This document shows positions 56,732 to 64,000 of a stretch of 64,000 bases of DNA, piece after piece; within the stretch, counting starts at the first letter, position 1, and each line of letters opens with the position of its first letter. Origin of the DNA: Clostridiales bacterium (GTDB lineage: Bacteria > Actinomycetota > Coriobacteriia > Anaerosomatales > SLCP01); contig JAGXSG010000021.1 in assembly GCA_018333995.1 (NCBI GenBank), forward strand, positions 7,723 through 71,722. Reading direction: 5' to 3'. The notes beneath the pieces were generated by a model that saw only the letters and a program-made list of their open reading frames with translations, did not search any database and had not been told where the DNA came from. Made by a program: the position numbers and the translations under genes.

Positions 56732-57874
56732 TCAGCGGACTCTAAACCGGACTGCGGTCGCCTTGAACACGACCTGTACTTGGGAATCAGGCGCGAGTCC
56801 CATCTCGCGCACGGAGGAGCGAGAAACCCGAGCTGCCATCCGGACACCTTCAATTTCTACAACGAGATGGTACATGACCCCCCACGCCTGCGCCTCGACA
56901 ACGGTACCGGTGAAGCGATTGCGCGCCGTAGAGCGGGGAATCTCGGAGTCGCTGTCGAAGAGGAGCACGTCTTCGGGACGGACGCCGGCCACAACGCGCG
57001 TCCCCGGCGGCAATCCTCCGGTCGCTTGGATGACCGGTCCGCCGACATCGATCTCGACGATGCCATCCGCCGAATTCACCACGCTGCCGTGGAGCGGCGG
57101 CTCAGAGCCGAGGAAGCACGCCGTCCACGCGTCAGGAGGTAGACCCATGACTTCGTCGACCGGGCCGTGCGCGACAGCGCGCCCGTCTCGGAGCACCATC
57201 ATCGTGTCCGCGATCGCCACCGCCTCGTTTTGGTCATGCGTAACGTAGAGCGTCGTCACCGCTTGTTCCCGGATGATACGCGCGAAGTCCTGAGCCAGCC
57301 GACTCTTGATAAGCGGGTCGAGAGAGGAGAGCGGCTCATCGAGCAAGAGTACCCGTGGCTTCAAGACGAGCGCCCGTGCGAGCGCGACGCGCTGCGCCTC
57401 TCCGCCAGACAACGTGAGTGCCGAGCGACGCTCCCAGCCAGCGAGACCCGCACGCTCGAGCGCTTCCGCGACCGCCGCCGTCCTCTGCCCGGCAGGCACT
57501 CGCCTTAGCTTAAGACCGTACGCGACGTTCTCGGCGACCGTGCCCTTGAACAAGAACGGGTTCTGGAACACCGCCGCCATGCGCATTCGAGCGCTCCGGT
57601 TCCTCGCGCTCACAGGAATCCCGTTGAGATAGACCTGTCCTGTGTCCGGCGCTTCGAGCAAGCCGAGGATCGCGAGCAGCGTGGTTTTCCCCGCTCCAGA
57701 CGGACCGAGAACCGCACGCGTTTCACCCGCCTCGATGCGCACATGCTCGATGTCGAGGACCGTCGACTTGGCGTAGGTCCGGGTGATACCGGTTCCCTCG
57801 ATTGAGAGTGCGGAGGGTGTGGACACCGCCTCTGTCACGCTCGACCGTACCGTTCGTTGGAGTGCTGGTACCAC
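56732..57874 (-). CDS. tupC: ABC transporter ATPase with C-terminal TOBE/Mop-like domain (tungstate/molybdate uptake)
   Basis: GPSGAGKTTLL, LSGGEAQRVALARAL, LLLDEP; C-terminal NRFTGTVVEAQAWGVMYHLVVE...VVFKATAVRF; exact start uncertain. Confidence 0.75.
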   Translation of the reverse strand: MVPALQRTVRSSVTEAVSTPSALSIEGTGITRTYAKSTVLDIEHVRIEAGETRAVLGPSGAGKTTLLAILGLLEAPDTGQVYLNGIPVSARNRSARMRMAAVFQNPFLFKGTVAENVAYGLKLRRVPAGQRTAAVAEALERAGLAGWERRSALTLSGGEAQRVALARALVLKPRVLLLDEPLSSLDPLIKSRLAQDFARIIREQAVTTLYVTHDQNEAVAIADTMMVLRDGRAVAHGPVDEVMGLPPDAWTACFLGSEPPLHGSVVNSADGIVEIDVGGPVIQATGGLPPGTRVVAGVRPEDVLLFDSDSEIPRSTARNRFTGTVVEAQAWGVMYHLVVEIEGVRMAARVSRSSVREMGLAPDSQVQVVFKATAVRFRVR

Positions 57875-58542
57875 GTGAGAAACCCGTTCATCGCAAACGT
57901 GATGAGCATGAGGACGAAACCGAACGCGAGCGCGAGCGCGAAGTCGCCCTTCCGCGCCTCCTGCACGATCGCGGTCGTAAGCACACGCGTCTCTCCTTCG
58001 ATGTTGCCTCCCACCATCATGACCGCCCCTACGCCCCGCACGACCGCGCCAAACCCGCTCGCCACAGCGGCGAGCACGCCGAGCCGCGCCTCCTTGAGCG
58101 CAAGCAGAGCCTCGTCAATGCGTGACGCACCCAGGGAGCGAGCTTGCAGCCGAAGCTTGTAGGGGACAGAAGCAACCGCGGCGGCGGTAAGTCCCGCGAT
58201 GATAGGAGTCGAGATCAACGTCTGCGCGATCGCCATCGCGTCAACTGAATACAGAAGTCCCATGAACCCCAGCGGTCCCCTTCTGGAAAGGACCATCATC
58301 ACGATGAGGCCGATGACGACCGGGGGCACAGCCATGCCGGTGTTCGCGAGGGTGATCAGAAGCCGTCTCCCCCGGAACCGGGACGCCCCCATTACAAACC
58401 CCATGGGGGCACCGAGCAACATCCCGGCTGCCGTGGAAACGACCGCCACCTCGAACGTTGTCGCAACCACGTTCCAGAACTCAGGCGATCCGGAAACGAG
58501 AAGCCGTCCCGCCGTCACGAGCGCTTCGACAAACACCTGCAT
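57835..58542 (-). CDS. tupB: ABC transporter permease (TupB-like)
   Basis: 235 aa, 5-6 TM, EAA-like loop ARSLGASRIDEALLALKEARLG. Confidence 0.75.
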   Translation of the reverse strand: MQVFVEALVTAGRLLVSGSPEFWNVVATTFEVAVVSTAAGMLLGAPMGFVMGASRFRGRRLLITLANTGMAVPPVVIGLIVMMVLSRRGPLGFMGLLYSVDAMAIAQTLISTPIIAGLTAAAVASVPYKLRLQARSLGASRIDEALLALKEARLGVLAAVASGFGAVVRGVGAVMMVGGNIEGETRVLTTAIVQEARKGDFALALAFGFVLMLITFAMNGFLTWYQHSNERYGRA

Positions 58543-58575
58543 GACCGCACACCACTTCCCGACTGAGCCGCGCGG

Positions 58576-59457
58576 CTACTTGGCGTTGGGCACGAACAAC
58601 GGCTCCCCGAACTTGTCCACACCGAACTCACCGATGATGGCTTGCGCCTCCGCCGAGACGACCCAATCGAAGAACGCCTGCGCTCCATCCGCGTTGCTCG
58701 CGTCGGTGACAACGATTACACCGTACTGGTTGAACAGGCGCTCATCGCCCTCGACGGCAATGGCGAGCTCCAGACCGTCACGCATCGACAAGAAGGTGCC
58801 GCGGTCCGTAAGAGTGTATCCCGCGACCTCAGATGTCATCGTGAGAGTGTCGCCCATGCCTTGGCCGATCGACTTGTACCACTCACCGGCCGGTTCGATC
58901 TCCGCGGCCTTCCACAACCTGAGTTCGGCCTTGTGCGTACCGGAGTCATCCCCACGGGACACGAACGTGTGCCCTCCCTGCGAGATGGCCGCAAGTGCCG
59001 CGGCAACATCCTTGCCGCCCGCGATGCCCGCCGGATCAGACTCGGGGCCAACGATGACGAAATCGTTGTACATGACGTCACGGCGTTCGTAACCATATCC
59101 CTCGGCCACGAACTTCTCTTCGTCGGCTTTCGAGTGAACGAACACGACATCGGCGTCTTTCGCGCGACCGATCTCAAGCGCCTGCCCGGTTCCCACAGCG
59201 ACAACGCTCGCGCGGAACTCGGGATTCGCGTCCGTGAACGCTGGCAACAGCACTTCAAACAAGCCGGAATCCTCGGTCGAAGTCGTCGACGCAATTACGA
59301 CTTCGGTCACCTCGGCGGGCGCTTCGGCGGGCGCTTCAGGTGCGGCAGCATCCTGGGTAGCTCCACCACATCCCACGATCGTGGCCAGAAACGCTGCCGC
59401 GATCAGCACCAGTGATACCCGTTGTAGCGCGGCGGGCACCGTCATTCGCTCGAGCAT
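58576..59457 (-). CDS. tupA: Tungstate/molybdate-binding lipoprotein (TupA-like)
   Basis: Lipobox LATIVGCGG; IASTTSTEDSGLFEVLLPAF oxyanion-binding motif; ATG at 59457 with SD AAGGAG. Confidence 0.7.
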   Translation of the reverse strand: MLERMTVPAALQRVSLVLIAAAFLATIVGCGGATQDAAAPEAPAEAPAEVTEVVIASTTSTEDSGLFEVLLPAFTDANPEFRASVVAVGTGQALEIGRAKDADVVFVHSKADEEKFVAEGYGYERRDVMYNDFVIVGPESDPAGIAGGKDVAAALAAISQGGHTFVSRGDDSGTHKAELRLWKAAEIEPAGEWYKSIGQGMGDTLTMTSEVAGYTLTDRGTFLSMRDGLELAIAVEGDERLFNQYGVIVVTDASNADGAQAFFDWVVSAEAQAIIGEFGVDKFGEPLFVPNAK

Positions 59458-59464
59458 AAGTCTG

Positions 59465-59565
59465 TCTCCTTTCCACCGGGAGGCGAGGAGGTTTCCCGTC
59501 CCCGCCCTATCGGTCCGGACCCCGTGGCCCGCTCGGCTGGGCTGTAGGGATTCCGGACTCGGAGA
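59465..59565 (-). promoter_or_regulatory. Moco/Tuco riboswitch-like element, copy B (RBS-sequestering)
   Basis: UCUCCGAGUCCGGAAU...UCCGGACCGAUAGGG...GGGAAAC...CGCCUCCCGGUGGAAAGGAGA; closing helix UCUCC/GGAGA contains the tupA SD (AAGGAG) 8 nt before the AUG; P2 GUCCGGA/UCCGGAC. Confidence 0.7.
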
Positions 59566-59620
59566 TATGCGGCCGTCTCCTGCGGACGGCCTCACTTGAA
59601 ACGATACCGTACCAGGTGAC

Positions 59621-59647
59621 TTGTAACAACTGTTACAACTGTTACAA
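59621..59647. promoter_or_regulatory. Operator site 2: palindrome TTGTAACA-AC-TGTTACAA plus an extra tandem half-site (CTGTTACAA x2)
   Basis: Read directly; about 56 nt upstream of riboswitch copy B; a possible -35/-10 (TTGTTA-N17-TATCGT on the minus strand) overlaps it. Confidence 0.65.
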
Positions 59648-59704
59648 CTGAAGGCGCGGGGTTTTGTCCGCCGGGTCTACGCAGCTCGGCTCGGCGCGAT
59701 GACG

Positions 59705-60604
59705 CTACCGTGTCCCAGCCAGTTGGGTGCGCAGGAATACAACAAACTCTGATGCGGCGCGGGTAGGCGTCGTGCGCGCGGTGACGAGGTACAGCGGGCG
59801 AACGGCCGGAAACCCTGCCGTGTTTACAGTCGCAACCGTGCCGAGTTTGAGCGCTTTCTCGGCCACCCAAGAGCTCACCATGCCAAGCCCCATACCGCCC
59901 TCGACCGCGTTCACGATCGCCTCGCCGGTACCAAGTTCAGTGACGACATGCAGGTCACCCGCTTCGATCCCAGCTGAGCTGAGCGCCTCCTCGGCGATTT
60001 GACGGGTTCCCGACCCCTCTTCGCGCAGGATGAACGGCTCGGCCGCCACCCGCTCGGCGGTGATGGCCTTCTCCTGAGCGAACGGGTGGTCCACCGGGCA
60101 GATCATGACGATCTCATCGGTGCCGAGGCGCTCGAACTCCACGCGCGCGCCTTTGGGCGCCGCTCCTACCATGCCGAGGTGGGCTCTGCCCGAGAGCACC
60201 GCCTCAACGACGTCCGCCGTGTCGGCGACGGTGAGCAATATGTTGACCTCGGGGTTTGCCGTTAGGAAACGTCCCAGTATCCGCGGGAGCAGGTACTGCC
60301 CGGGCGTGGTGCTCGCGGCGACGGAGAGCCGGCCCGTCACGGTCTCGGCGAGCATCGCGATCTCGCGCCTGGCGGAATCGATGTCTACCAGGACTCTGCG
60401 CGCATGAGGAAGAAGCGCGCGGCCCGCCTCGGTCAGTTCGACCTTCCGGTATGCACGGTCTAACAGGGTTACGCCAAGTGTCGACTCGAGACCCTGTACC
60501 TGCATGGTCACGGCGGGTTGCGAGACCCCGAGCTCGCGTGCGGCCGCGGAGAAAGACCCTCGCTCGACGACTTGAACAAACGCCACAAGCTGACTAATGT
60601 TCAC
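59705..60604 (-). CDS. LysR-family transcriptional regulator
   Basis: N-terminal HTH NISQLVAFVQVVERGSFSAAARELGVSQPAVTMQVQGLE; LysR substrate-binding-like C-terminus; GTG at 60604 five nt after GGAGG (TTG at 60607 also possible). Confidence 0.85.
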   Translation of the reverse strand: MNISQLVAFVQVVERGSFSAAARELGVSQPAVTMQVQGLESTLGVTLLDRAYRKVELTEAGRALLPHARRVLVDIDSARREIAMLAETVTGRLSVAASTTPGQYLLPRILGRFLTANPEVNILLTVADTADVVEAVLSGRAHLGMVGAAPKGARVEFERLGTDEIVMICPVDHPFAQEKAITAERVAAEPFILREEGSGTRQIAEEALSSAGIEAGDLHVVTELGTGEAIVNAVEGGMGLGMVSSWVAEKALKLGTVATVNTAGFPAVRPLYLVTARTTPTRAASEFVVFLRTQLAGTR

Positions 60605-60631
60605 CAACGCCTCCAGAGGTAGTGCTCATGA

Positions 60632-60647
60632 AGATATCAGGATATCT
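60632..60647. promoter_or_regulatory. Palindrome AGATATC-AG-GATATCT in the lysR / fur-like divergent intergenic region
   Basis: Read directly; AT-rich; about 25 nt upstream of the lysR start. Confidence 0.4.
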
Positions 60648-60725
60648 AATAATACCACATCAGATAAGCGCCGAAAATGTGTTCTCCGCACGATAGCGAC
60701 CTGCCCGCTTGGGTAGTATCTCGGC

Positions 60726-61226
60726 ATGCACATGAATGAGAATCATTATCATTCTTCCGGCGACCGTGGTGCCCACAACCGTGACGCGACGGAACCTGGA
60801 CACTCGCCTCGCATGACGCGCCAGCGAACAGCGGTACTCGAGGCAGCCGTCGAGATCGGCCGTGCGTTCACCGTCGAAGATCTTGCCGCGCACCTCCGCC
60901 GACGCGGTTCCGGCGCGGGGCTCGCCACGGTGTACCGCGCGGTCGCCGCACTCGTGGACGCCGGGACGATCGCTCGAGTCGGCGAGCGGGGCGGCAGCGC
61001 GCTGTGGGTGCACTGTGCGGTACCGGGGCACCATCACCACCTCGTGTGCACCGAGTGCGGGCGCGTCGCACACTCCACATGCGAACTCGGCGAAACCACG
61101 GCCGCGGCCGCTACCGCTGCCGGATTCTCCATCACCGGTCACGATCTCACGCTTTGGGGCGTATGCGCCGAGTGCGCGGCTACCACACCTTGGACGGCCA
61201 ACCGAGAGGACGTGCGCGAGCGATGA
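60726..61226 (+). CDS. Fur-family metalloregulator (Nur/Zur-like)
   Basis: RQRTAVLEA...LATVYRAVAALVDAG...HHHHLVCTECG...GVCAECA; the true start may be the ATG at 60813, which would place the Fur box in the promoter/leader. Confidence 0.8.
   Translation: MHMNENHYHSSGDRGAHNRDATEPGHSPRMTRQRTAVLEAAVEIGRAFTVEDLAAHLRRRGSGAGLATVYRAVAALVDAGTIARVGERGGSALWVHCAVPGHHHHLVCTECGRVAHSTCELGETTAAAATAAGFSITGHDLTLWGVCAECAATTPWTANREDVRER
60732..60754. promoter_or_regulatory. Fur-box-like operator
   Basis: ATGAATGAGAATCATTATC matches the classical GATAATGATAATCATTATC at 15/19 positions; outer arms GAATGA/TCATTC are inverted repeats. Confidence 0.6.
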
Positions 61227-62089
61227 CACACATCCACATCCCTGATGGCGTGCTGCCGCTGTGGCTCTGGGCGCTGGGCTGGGCGGTGACGCTCGCCGCG
61301 GTCACGCTTACCGGGCGTCTCGCGGCGCGAGACGAGGCGCGTCGCAAGGTCCCCCTCATCGGCGTGGTAGCCGCGCTCATGATCGTTGGCATGTCGGCTG
61401 AGATCGTTCCGATCGCCTACCACGTGAACCTCGCAGTGATCGGCGGCATCCTTCTTGGGCCGAGACTTTCCGTCATCGCCGCCTTCATCGTCGTGCTCGT
61501 GCTCGCGCTCCTCGGGCACGGAGGAATCACCGTGCTTGGCCTGAACACAATCGTGATCGGCGCGGAGATGCTCCTCGGCTGGGCGCTGTTCCAGGGGGCG
61601 ATGAACGTTCTCGGGAAGAAACGTGCAGCTCTTGGAGCTGCCAGCTCCACGGTACTCGCGCTTGCGACGACAACCGCGCTCGTCGTCGGGATCGTATGGA
61701 TTGGCGGGGCAGGCGAGGCGACCGCGCGTGAGACAGGGGCGCTCGACCCGGCGACGCTCCGTTTCGAAAGCCCCTGGGAGCACGGCGTCTTGAAGATGGG
61801 ACTGTTTGGTGCAGGTCATGAGGACGAAGAGGGTAACGCCGAAGAGGCCGCTTCGCCTGCCGTCGAGGCCGAGGAGCACGCGGAGGAAGACTCGGGGCGC
61901 TACCTGTCGGCTGAGCGGTTCGCCGCCGTGGTGTTCACGCTCGGTCCGCTCGGATGGCTGATCGAGGCCCTCGTGACGGCGGGTGTAATCGGGTACACGG
62001 CACGGGTGCGCCCCGCACTCGTGTTCGCCGGACCGCTCGCTCGGCAAAACGGGCGCCGAATCCCGGGTGACGAGAGCGGGGGCCACTAG
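61223..62089 (+). CDS. cbiM: ECF-type Co/Ni transporter substrate component CbiM/NikM with acidic/His-containing C-terminal extension
   Basis: N-terminus MTHIHIPDGVLP; multiple TM; ATGA overlap with the fur-like stop; extension GAGHEDEEGNAEEAASPAVEAEEHAEEDSG plus an extra TM. Confidence 0.75.
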   Translation: MTHIHIPDGVLPLWLWALGWAVTLAAVTLTGRLAARDEARRKVPLIGVVAALMIVGMSAEIVPIAYHVNLAVIGGILLGPRLSVIAAFIVVLVLALLGHGGITVLGLNTIVIGAEMLLGWALFQGAMNVLGKKRAALGAASSTVLALATTTALVVGIVWIGGAGEATARETGALDPATLRFESPWEHGVLKMGLFGAGHEDEEGNAEEAASPAVEAEEHAEEDSGRYLSAERFAAVVFTLGPLGWLIEALVTAGVIGYTARVRPALVFAGPLARQNGRRIPGDESGGH

Positions 62090-62893
62090 GTGCACATCGG
62101 CCGGATCGACGAGTCCGCCACCCTTGGCGACTCATGGCTGCACCGAGTCTCCCCGGCAAGCAAGCTCGTCGCGCTGGCTTTCGTGCTTGCCGCGACCATC
62201 CTTACTTGGAACGTGCTCGTGGTCCTGGGCCTCTTGCTCGCACTGCTCGCCATCGCGGCGTCAGCGAACCTGCGGTGGCGCCTTCTCCTGACGCTCGCCG
62301 GATACCCGGCGCTGTTCGCGCTCGTGTTCGCGGTGAGTGCGGCCACAAGCTTGCTCGGCGGGGTCGTGATCGTGCTCAAAGCGGTCACCGCTGCCCTCGG
62401 AGCCGTTGTGCTCGTACTCACGACCCCCTACCCGTACATCTTCGCGCCGATCCAACGAATACTTCCCGTTATCGTCGGCGACGCGCTGCTCATGACGTAC
62501 CGATCGCTCTTTCTGCTGCTCGAGAAGTTCGGCAACCTGCTCACAGCCGCCAAGCTTCGTGCGGGCCTGTCGGCGGGACATCCCATCAGGACAGCCCGGG
62601 CGACGACCCGGGCGCTCGGCGGACTCCTGCTCTACGCGCTCGACCTCTCTCAACGCTCCTACGACATCATGCGCGTGCGGGGCTACCAGGGACGATTGCG
62701 CGTCACCATGCCGAGAAGCGCGGCACCAGCCGTTGACGGCGCGCTCATCGCTGGCGCCGCCGCGCTGCTGGCGGTCTCACTCACCTGGCGCCTCGAGTGG
62801 GCGGCGCTCAACCCCTACAGCTGGGTCGTGCCACTGGCCTCGGCCCTCGCACTCGCAGGCGCGCTCATCGCCGGACGGAGGTCGTCCGCGTGA
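62090..62893 (+). CDS. cbiQ: ECF transporter transmembrane (T) component CbiQ
   Basis: 267 aa, GTG start, hydrophobic, position between cbiM and cbiO. Confidence 0.7.
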   Translation: MHIGRIDESATLGDSWLHRVSPASKLVALAFVLAATILTWNVLVVLGLLLALLAIAASANLRWRLLLTLAGYPALFALVFAVSAATSLLGGVVIVLKAVTAALGAVVLVLTTPYPYIFAPIQRILPVIVGDALLMTYRSLFLLLEKFGNLLTAAKLRAGLSAGHPIRTARATTRALGGLLLYALDLSQRSYDIMRVRGYQGRLRVTMPRSAAPAVDGALIAGAAALLAVSLTWRLEWAALNPYSWVVPLASALALAGALIAGRRSSA

Positions 62894-63735
62894 GCGCGGA
62901 GCCCGTCGTCTACGTGAGCTGCATCCGCCACTCCTACGAAGACGGCACCACCGTGCACCTCTGCGGACTCGACTTCGTCGTCGAGCGCGCTAAGCGCGTC
63001 GCCGTCCTCGGCCCCAACGGTTCGGGCAAGACGACGCTGCTCTACCACCTACTCGGCCTGCTCGAAAGCCGGGAGGGAGAGGTCCGCGTGTTTGGCGTGG
63101 ACCCCGCGAGGGAGTGGCCACGCATACGCCAGCGTATCGGCGCCGTGCTCCAAAACGTCGACGAGCAGCTGCTCGCGCCAACCGTAGCCGACGACGTCGC
63201 TTTCTCGCCCCGCCAGTACGGCATGGCCGATGACGAAGTCGCACGGCGCGTGGAGCGCACGTTTGACATGCTCGGAATCGCGCACCTGCGCGACCGAGTG
63301 CCGCACAACCTCTCGGGAGGCGAAAAGCGAAAAGTAGCGCTTGCCGGCGCGCTCGTGATGGAGCCCGAGCTGCTCGTGCTCGACGAGCCGTTTGAAGGAC
63401 TCGATCCCGCCTCCCGCGCCGCGCTCATCGCGTTGCTGGAGCACCTCTCGGTAGAAAAGGGCGTGACCGTGGTGATGTCGACGCACGACATCGATTCCGT
63501 GCCGGAGATGGCTGACTACGCCTACGTACTTGCCCCCGGCGGCGCGATCGTGTTCTCGGGCACGCCAGAAGAGGTCTTCAGCCAGGCCGAACTGCTCGCA
63601 GCGGGCAACATCAAGCCGCCGATCCTCGCCGAGCTATTCGCCGCACTCGCGCGGGAGGATGAGAGCGCGCCTGGGCCCGCGCTTTCGGTCGAGCGCGCGG
63701 TCGACGCACTCGTGGCGTGGAAACGAGGCGGGTAG
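62890..63735 (+). CDS. cbiO: ECF transporter ATPase CbiO
   Basis: GPNGSGKTTLL, LSGGEKRKVALAGAL, LVLDEPF; GTG at 62890 overlaps the cbiQ TGA. Confidence 0.85.
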   Translation: MSAEPVVYVSCIRHSYEDGTTVHLCGLDFVVERAKRVAVLGPNGSGKTTLLYHLLGLLESREGEVRVFGVDPAREWPRIRQRIGAVLQNVDEQLLAPTVADDVAFSPRQYGMADDEVARRVERTFDMLGIAHLRDRVPHNLSGGEKRKVALAGALVMEPELLVLDEPFEGLDPASRAALIALLEHLSVEKGVTVVMSTHDIDSVPEMADYAYVLAPGGAIVFSGTPEEVFSQAELLAAGNIKPPILAELFAALAREDESAPGPALSVERAVDALVAWKRGG

Positions 63736-63742
63736 CGACGCC

Positions 63743-64000
63743 TTAGACCATCTCGCGCACGGCACGCGCGTACTGCGCCCCCCAGGCACGAGCCGCCTCG
63801 ATCTCGTCTGCTGACGGGCGATACTTCTGCGTGTAGGGCGCAAACGGCAGCTCAAAGCCCATCTCCTCGAGACGCCCAAGTATCTGCTTGCACGCCCCGC
63901 TCGACCAGCCGTAGCTGCCAAACGCGCCCCCAAGCTTGCCTTGAGGCTTGAGTCCCGAAAGGTAGTGCAGGTAGCCCGCGACCCGGTAGAGCATCCCGTG
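63743..64000 (-). CDS. Flavodiiron protein (FprA/ROO-like), C-terminal flavodoxin domain; 5' part lies outside the window
   Basis: KLGGAFGSYGWSSGA motif typical of the FprA flavodoxin-like domain; the frame stays open to the window edge. Confidence 0.6.
   Translation of the reverse strand, partial: HGMLYRVAGYLHYLSGLKPQGKLGGAFGSYGWSSGACKQILGRLEEMGFELPFAPYTQKYRPSADEIEAARAWGAQYARAVREMV

Noticed and set aside
59621-59650. Tandem CTGTTACAA repeats as CRISPR or minisatellite
   Set aside because: There are only 2-3 copies of a 9-nt unit with no spacers. The arrangement is an operator-type palindrome plus an extra half-site.
1-64000. tRNA, rRNA, CRISPR arrays, IS elements, integrases
   Set aside because: I recognised none by eye in any intergenic region. 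This is a limited manual scan, so tRNAscan-SE, Infernal and ISfinder should be run to confirm.

Overview
High-GC (about 65%) bacterial chromosomal segment with almost all genes on the minus strand. The gene content (CWB2 cell-wall anchors, L,D-transpeptidase, RipA-like NlpC/P60, no outer-membrane components) suggests an anaerobic monoderm, possibly Actinomycetota/Coriobacteriia-like; this is inference only.

Layout:
1. 0.1-5.2 kb: VanZ, pilT and a translationally coupled cell-wall / c-di-GMP block.
2. 5.3-19.6 kb: a roughly 14 kb defence island. It holds a Hachiman-like hamA/hamB pair, a monocistronic RelA/SpoT-only (toxSAS / CapRel-like) gene, a small membrane-anchored protein, and a PglX/Eco57I-type N6-adenine methyltransferase overlapping a PLD-nuclease::SNF2-helicase fusion. 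It ends in a low-GC frameshifted remnant.
3. 19.6-23.4 kb: a kinase-less che-like operon (PAS-GGDEF, CheY, CheB, HPt::CheC fusion).
4. 24.6-49 kb: a respiratory / putative extracellular-electron-transfer supercluster. It contains a selenocysteine (UGA + SECIS) Tat-exported formate-dehydrogenase-like Mo/W enzyme, its FeS subunit and a hexahaem cytochrome. It also contains a cytochrome b plus 7-, 13- and 20-haem cytochromes, a 13-14-haem surface cytochrome with an FG-GAP insert, a CWB2-anchored BNR-like wall protein and two NHL-propeller paralogues. I count about 59 CxxCH motifs in total.
5. 49.2-59.5 kb: one long tungstate-uptake / Mo(W)-cofactor maturation operon (tupABC, mobA::fdhD fusion, moeA, mobB, moaA, moaC, MOSC, moaB, cysteine desulfurase, DUF3343).
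6. 59.7-64 kb: LysR regulator, Fur-family regulator translationally coupled to cbiMQO, and a partial flavodiiron protein.

Non-coding highlights:
- Two paralogous Moco/Tuco-riboswitch-like leaders, one with a terminator platform and one sequestering the RBS.
- An 18-bp palindrome (TTGTAACA-N2-TGTTACAA) recurs upstream of three operons.
- A bacterial SECIS hairpin lies 11 nt after the UGA.
- A near-consensus Fur box.

I saw no rRNA, tRNA, CRISPR array, integrase or transposase by eye.
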